In this document: in pieces, positions 62,574 through 64,000 of the stretch
Layout: each line of letters starts with the position of its first letter
How positions within the stretch are numbered: the first letter of the stretch is position 1
Origin: the human T2T-CHM13v2.0 reference genome, Homo sapiens
Assembly: GCF_009914755.1 (NCBI RefSeq)
Contig: NC_060927.1
Strand: one strand, 5' to 3'
DNA: 64,000 nt
Notes under the pieces: generated by a model
What the model was told of the DNA's origin: nothing
Databases searched by the model: none
Seen by the model: the letters and a program-made list of their open reading frames with translations, nothing else
Made by a program: the position numbers and the translations under genes

Positions 62574-64000
62574 CTGCAATACATAGGCATGTATGGGAAG
62601 GTGATTCAGAGGATCCAGCAGTCTACGTTGGTGTAGTCTCATGTGGGGAAATAAGGATCAGGGAACTTTATTAAACATCATCTCAGAGTTGTGATTTTAA
62701 CAATGGGTTTAACTCACCCAAGTTCCAAGAAATTGATAAATAGAACTGTCAGTACTAACAGTCATTTGTCCTGATCCATCAACCTTTGCTGAAATGGGAG
62801 TTAAACCCATTAGGTTCAGTTTGGGTCTTCAGTCTTTCCAGCTCAACCAAGCTATATCTGCCTGAAGCTATATCTGTATACTTAAAATTAGTAGTGAATT
62901 ATCTACTGTTATATTTTACTTTAAGGTGGTGGTAGTGGGGGTGCATTCAGATGACGAAAACAGCAATAGCTTTAGCTATAGCTAAATAAAAAGCTGTATC
63001 TTTATTTAGCAGGAATGAAGTGCATTATTATAAAAGCCACATATGCAAAACTGAAAACCAATTGCTCCCCAATCAAAACAACTATTCCTTTGAACTTTCT
63101 AATTGACTCTTGGTTTTGAGTAATAGAACTATAGAAAAGATAAATTTTCTGGAATTCTGATGCGGAGATAGCAAGGAAGATTCTACAAGCTGTGGGGACC
63201 ATGGTGTGCCCATTCTCATTGCCTCAATTACAATCCAGCCTCGGGCTGAAGAAAGGAAATCTGGTGGGATAATGTTTCTCAACTGTGCTCTGCAGAGCCT
63301 TTGGTATTCCAGAGAGAGAGGAGGCTAGAGGCAGGCAGGTAGATAGGGGTCTGCCTGCCCCCTCTTTCCTCATGCCCCTTTAACTGGAATATTTCCATAT
63401 TGGAGCTATTGTACTTTTCAAAGGAAGAAAATATCTCAATTTGCTCAGGGTTGAGAAGCTGATTTAATCAAGAAAGATCTACTACTGCTTAAAATTGTTT
63501 TCTGGCTCCATTTGACCTATTCCATCAAGTATGAACTTTTTTGGCAGCTTTAATGTTCCCCCTACTTACCTTCCATTCCCCCCACCACCACGAACCCACT
63601 CCAACCAGGTCACATTCTCCTGTTTCCCCAGAGCTCCCCTGCTCACTCTGTCCTCCTTAGGTTTAGCCAAGCTATTCTCATCATCTGGAATGCTCCCCCG
63701 CCACACACACCACCACCTTAAAGTACCATGTAAAAGTAGATATTAATAATTACTAATTTTAACCATCAGGAGGCAGGGATGAATATATATGAAAGAACCT
63801 AGTTGGGGAACTGAGACAAGTCTGGTTCAAATAAAATCCCTTCTTTGTTTTTATCTGCCTATCCCTCAACTTGTCAGGTTTATAAAATTCAAAAGACTCA
63901 TAGCATTATGTGCTTACAGTAAATTATAAAATCAACACAGGTTTAATTGCTAATAATCAGTTTACTGAGAAGAGAGTAAATTGGTCATAAAGGAGGCCAC

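Overview
Primate (very probably human, chr3q13.13) genomic DNA. It carries most of HHLA2 (B7-H7) on the + strand: one 5' UTR exon plus eight coding exons that splice to a 1245-nt, 414-aa ORF (signal peptide, IgV-IgC-IgV, TM, tail), ending in a HERV-H (LTR7) solo LTR that supplies the poly(A) signal. The last three exons of MYH15 converge from the - strand. The introns hold an HNRNPA1 processed pseudogene split by a THE1 LTR, five Alus, MaLR/ERVL LTRs, DNA transposons and several L1s. One 11.7-kb intron insert is a twin-primed (5'-inverted) older L1 with a full-length L1PA3/4-type element nested inside it. The most striking unexplained structure is a 259-bp, 93%-identical, gap-free inverted repeat in the last MYH15 intron. 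Also notable: a 58-codon uORF overlapping the HHLA2 start, an apparently LTR-derived HHLA2 tail exon, a 28-bp micro-inversion in L1 ORF1, a degenerate direct repeat bracketing the IgV1 exon, and a bidirectional poly(A) motif between the two genes. Repeat subfamily names and reference comparisons come from memory, not from searches.
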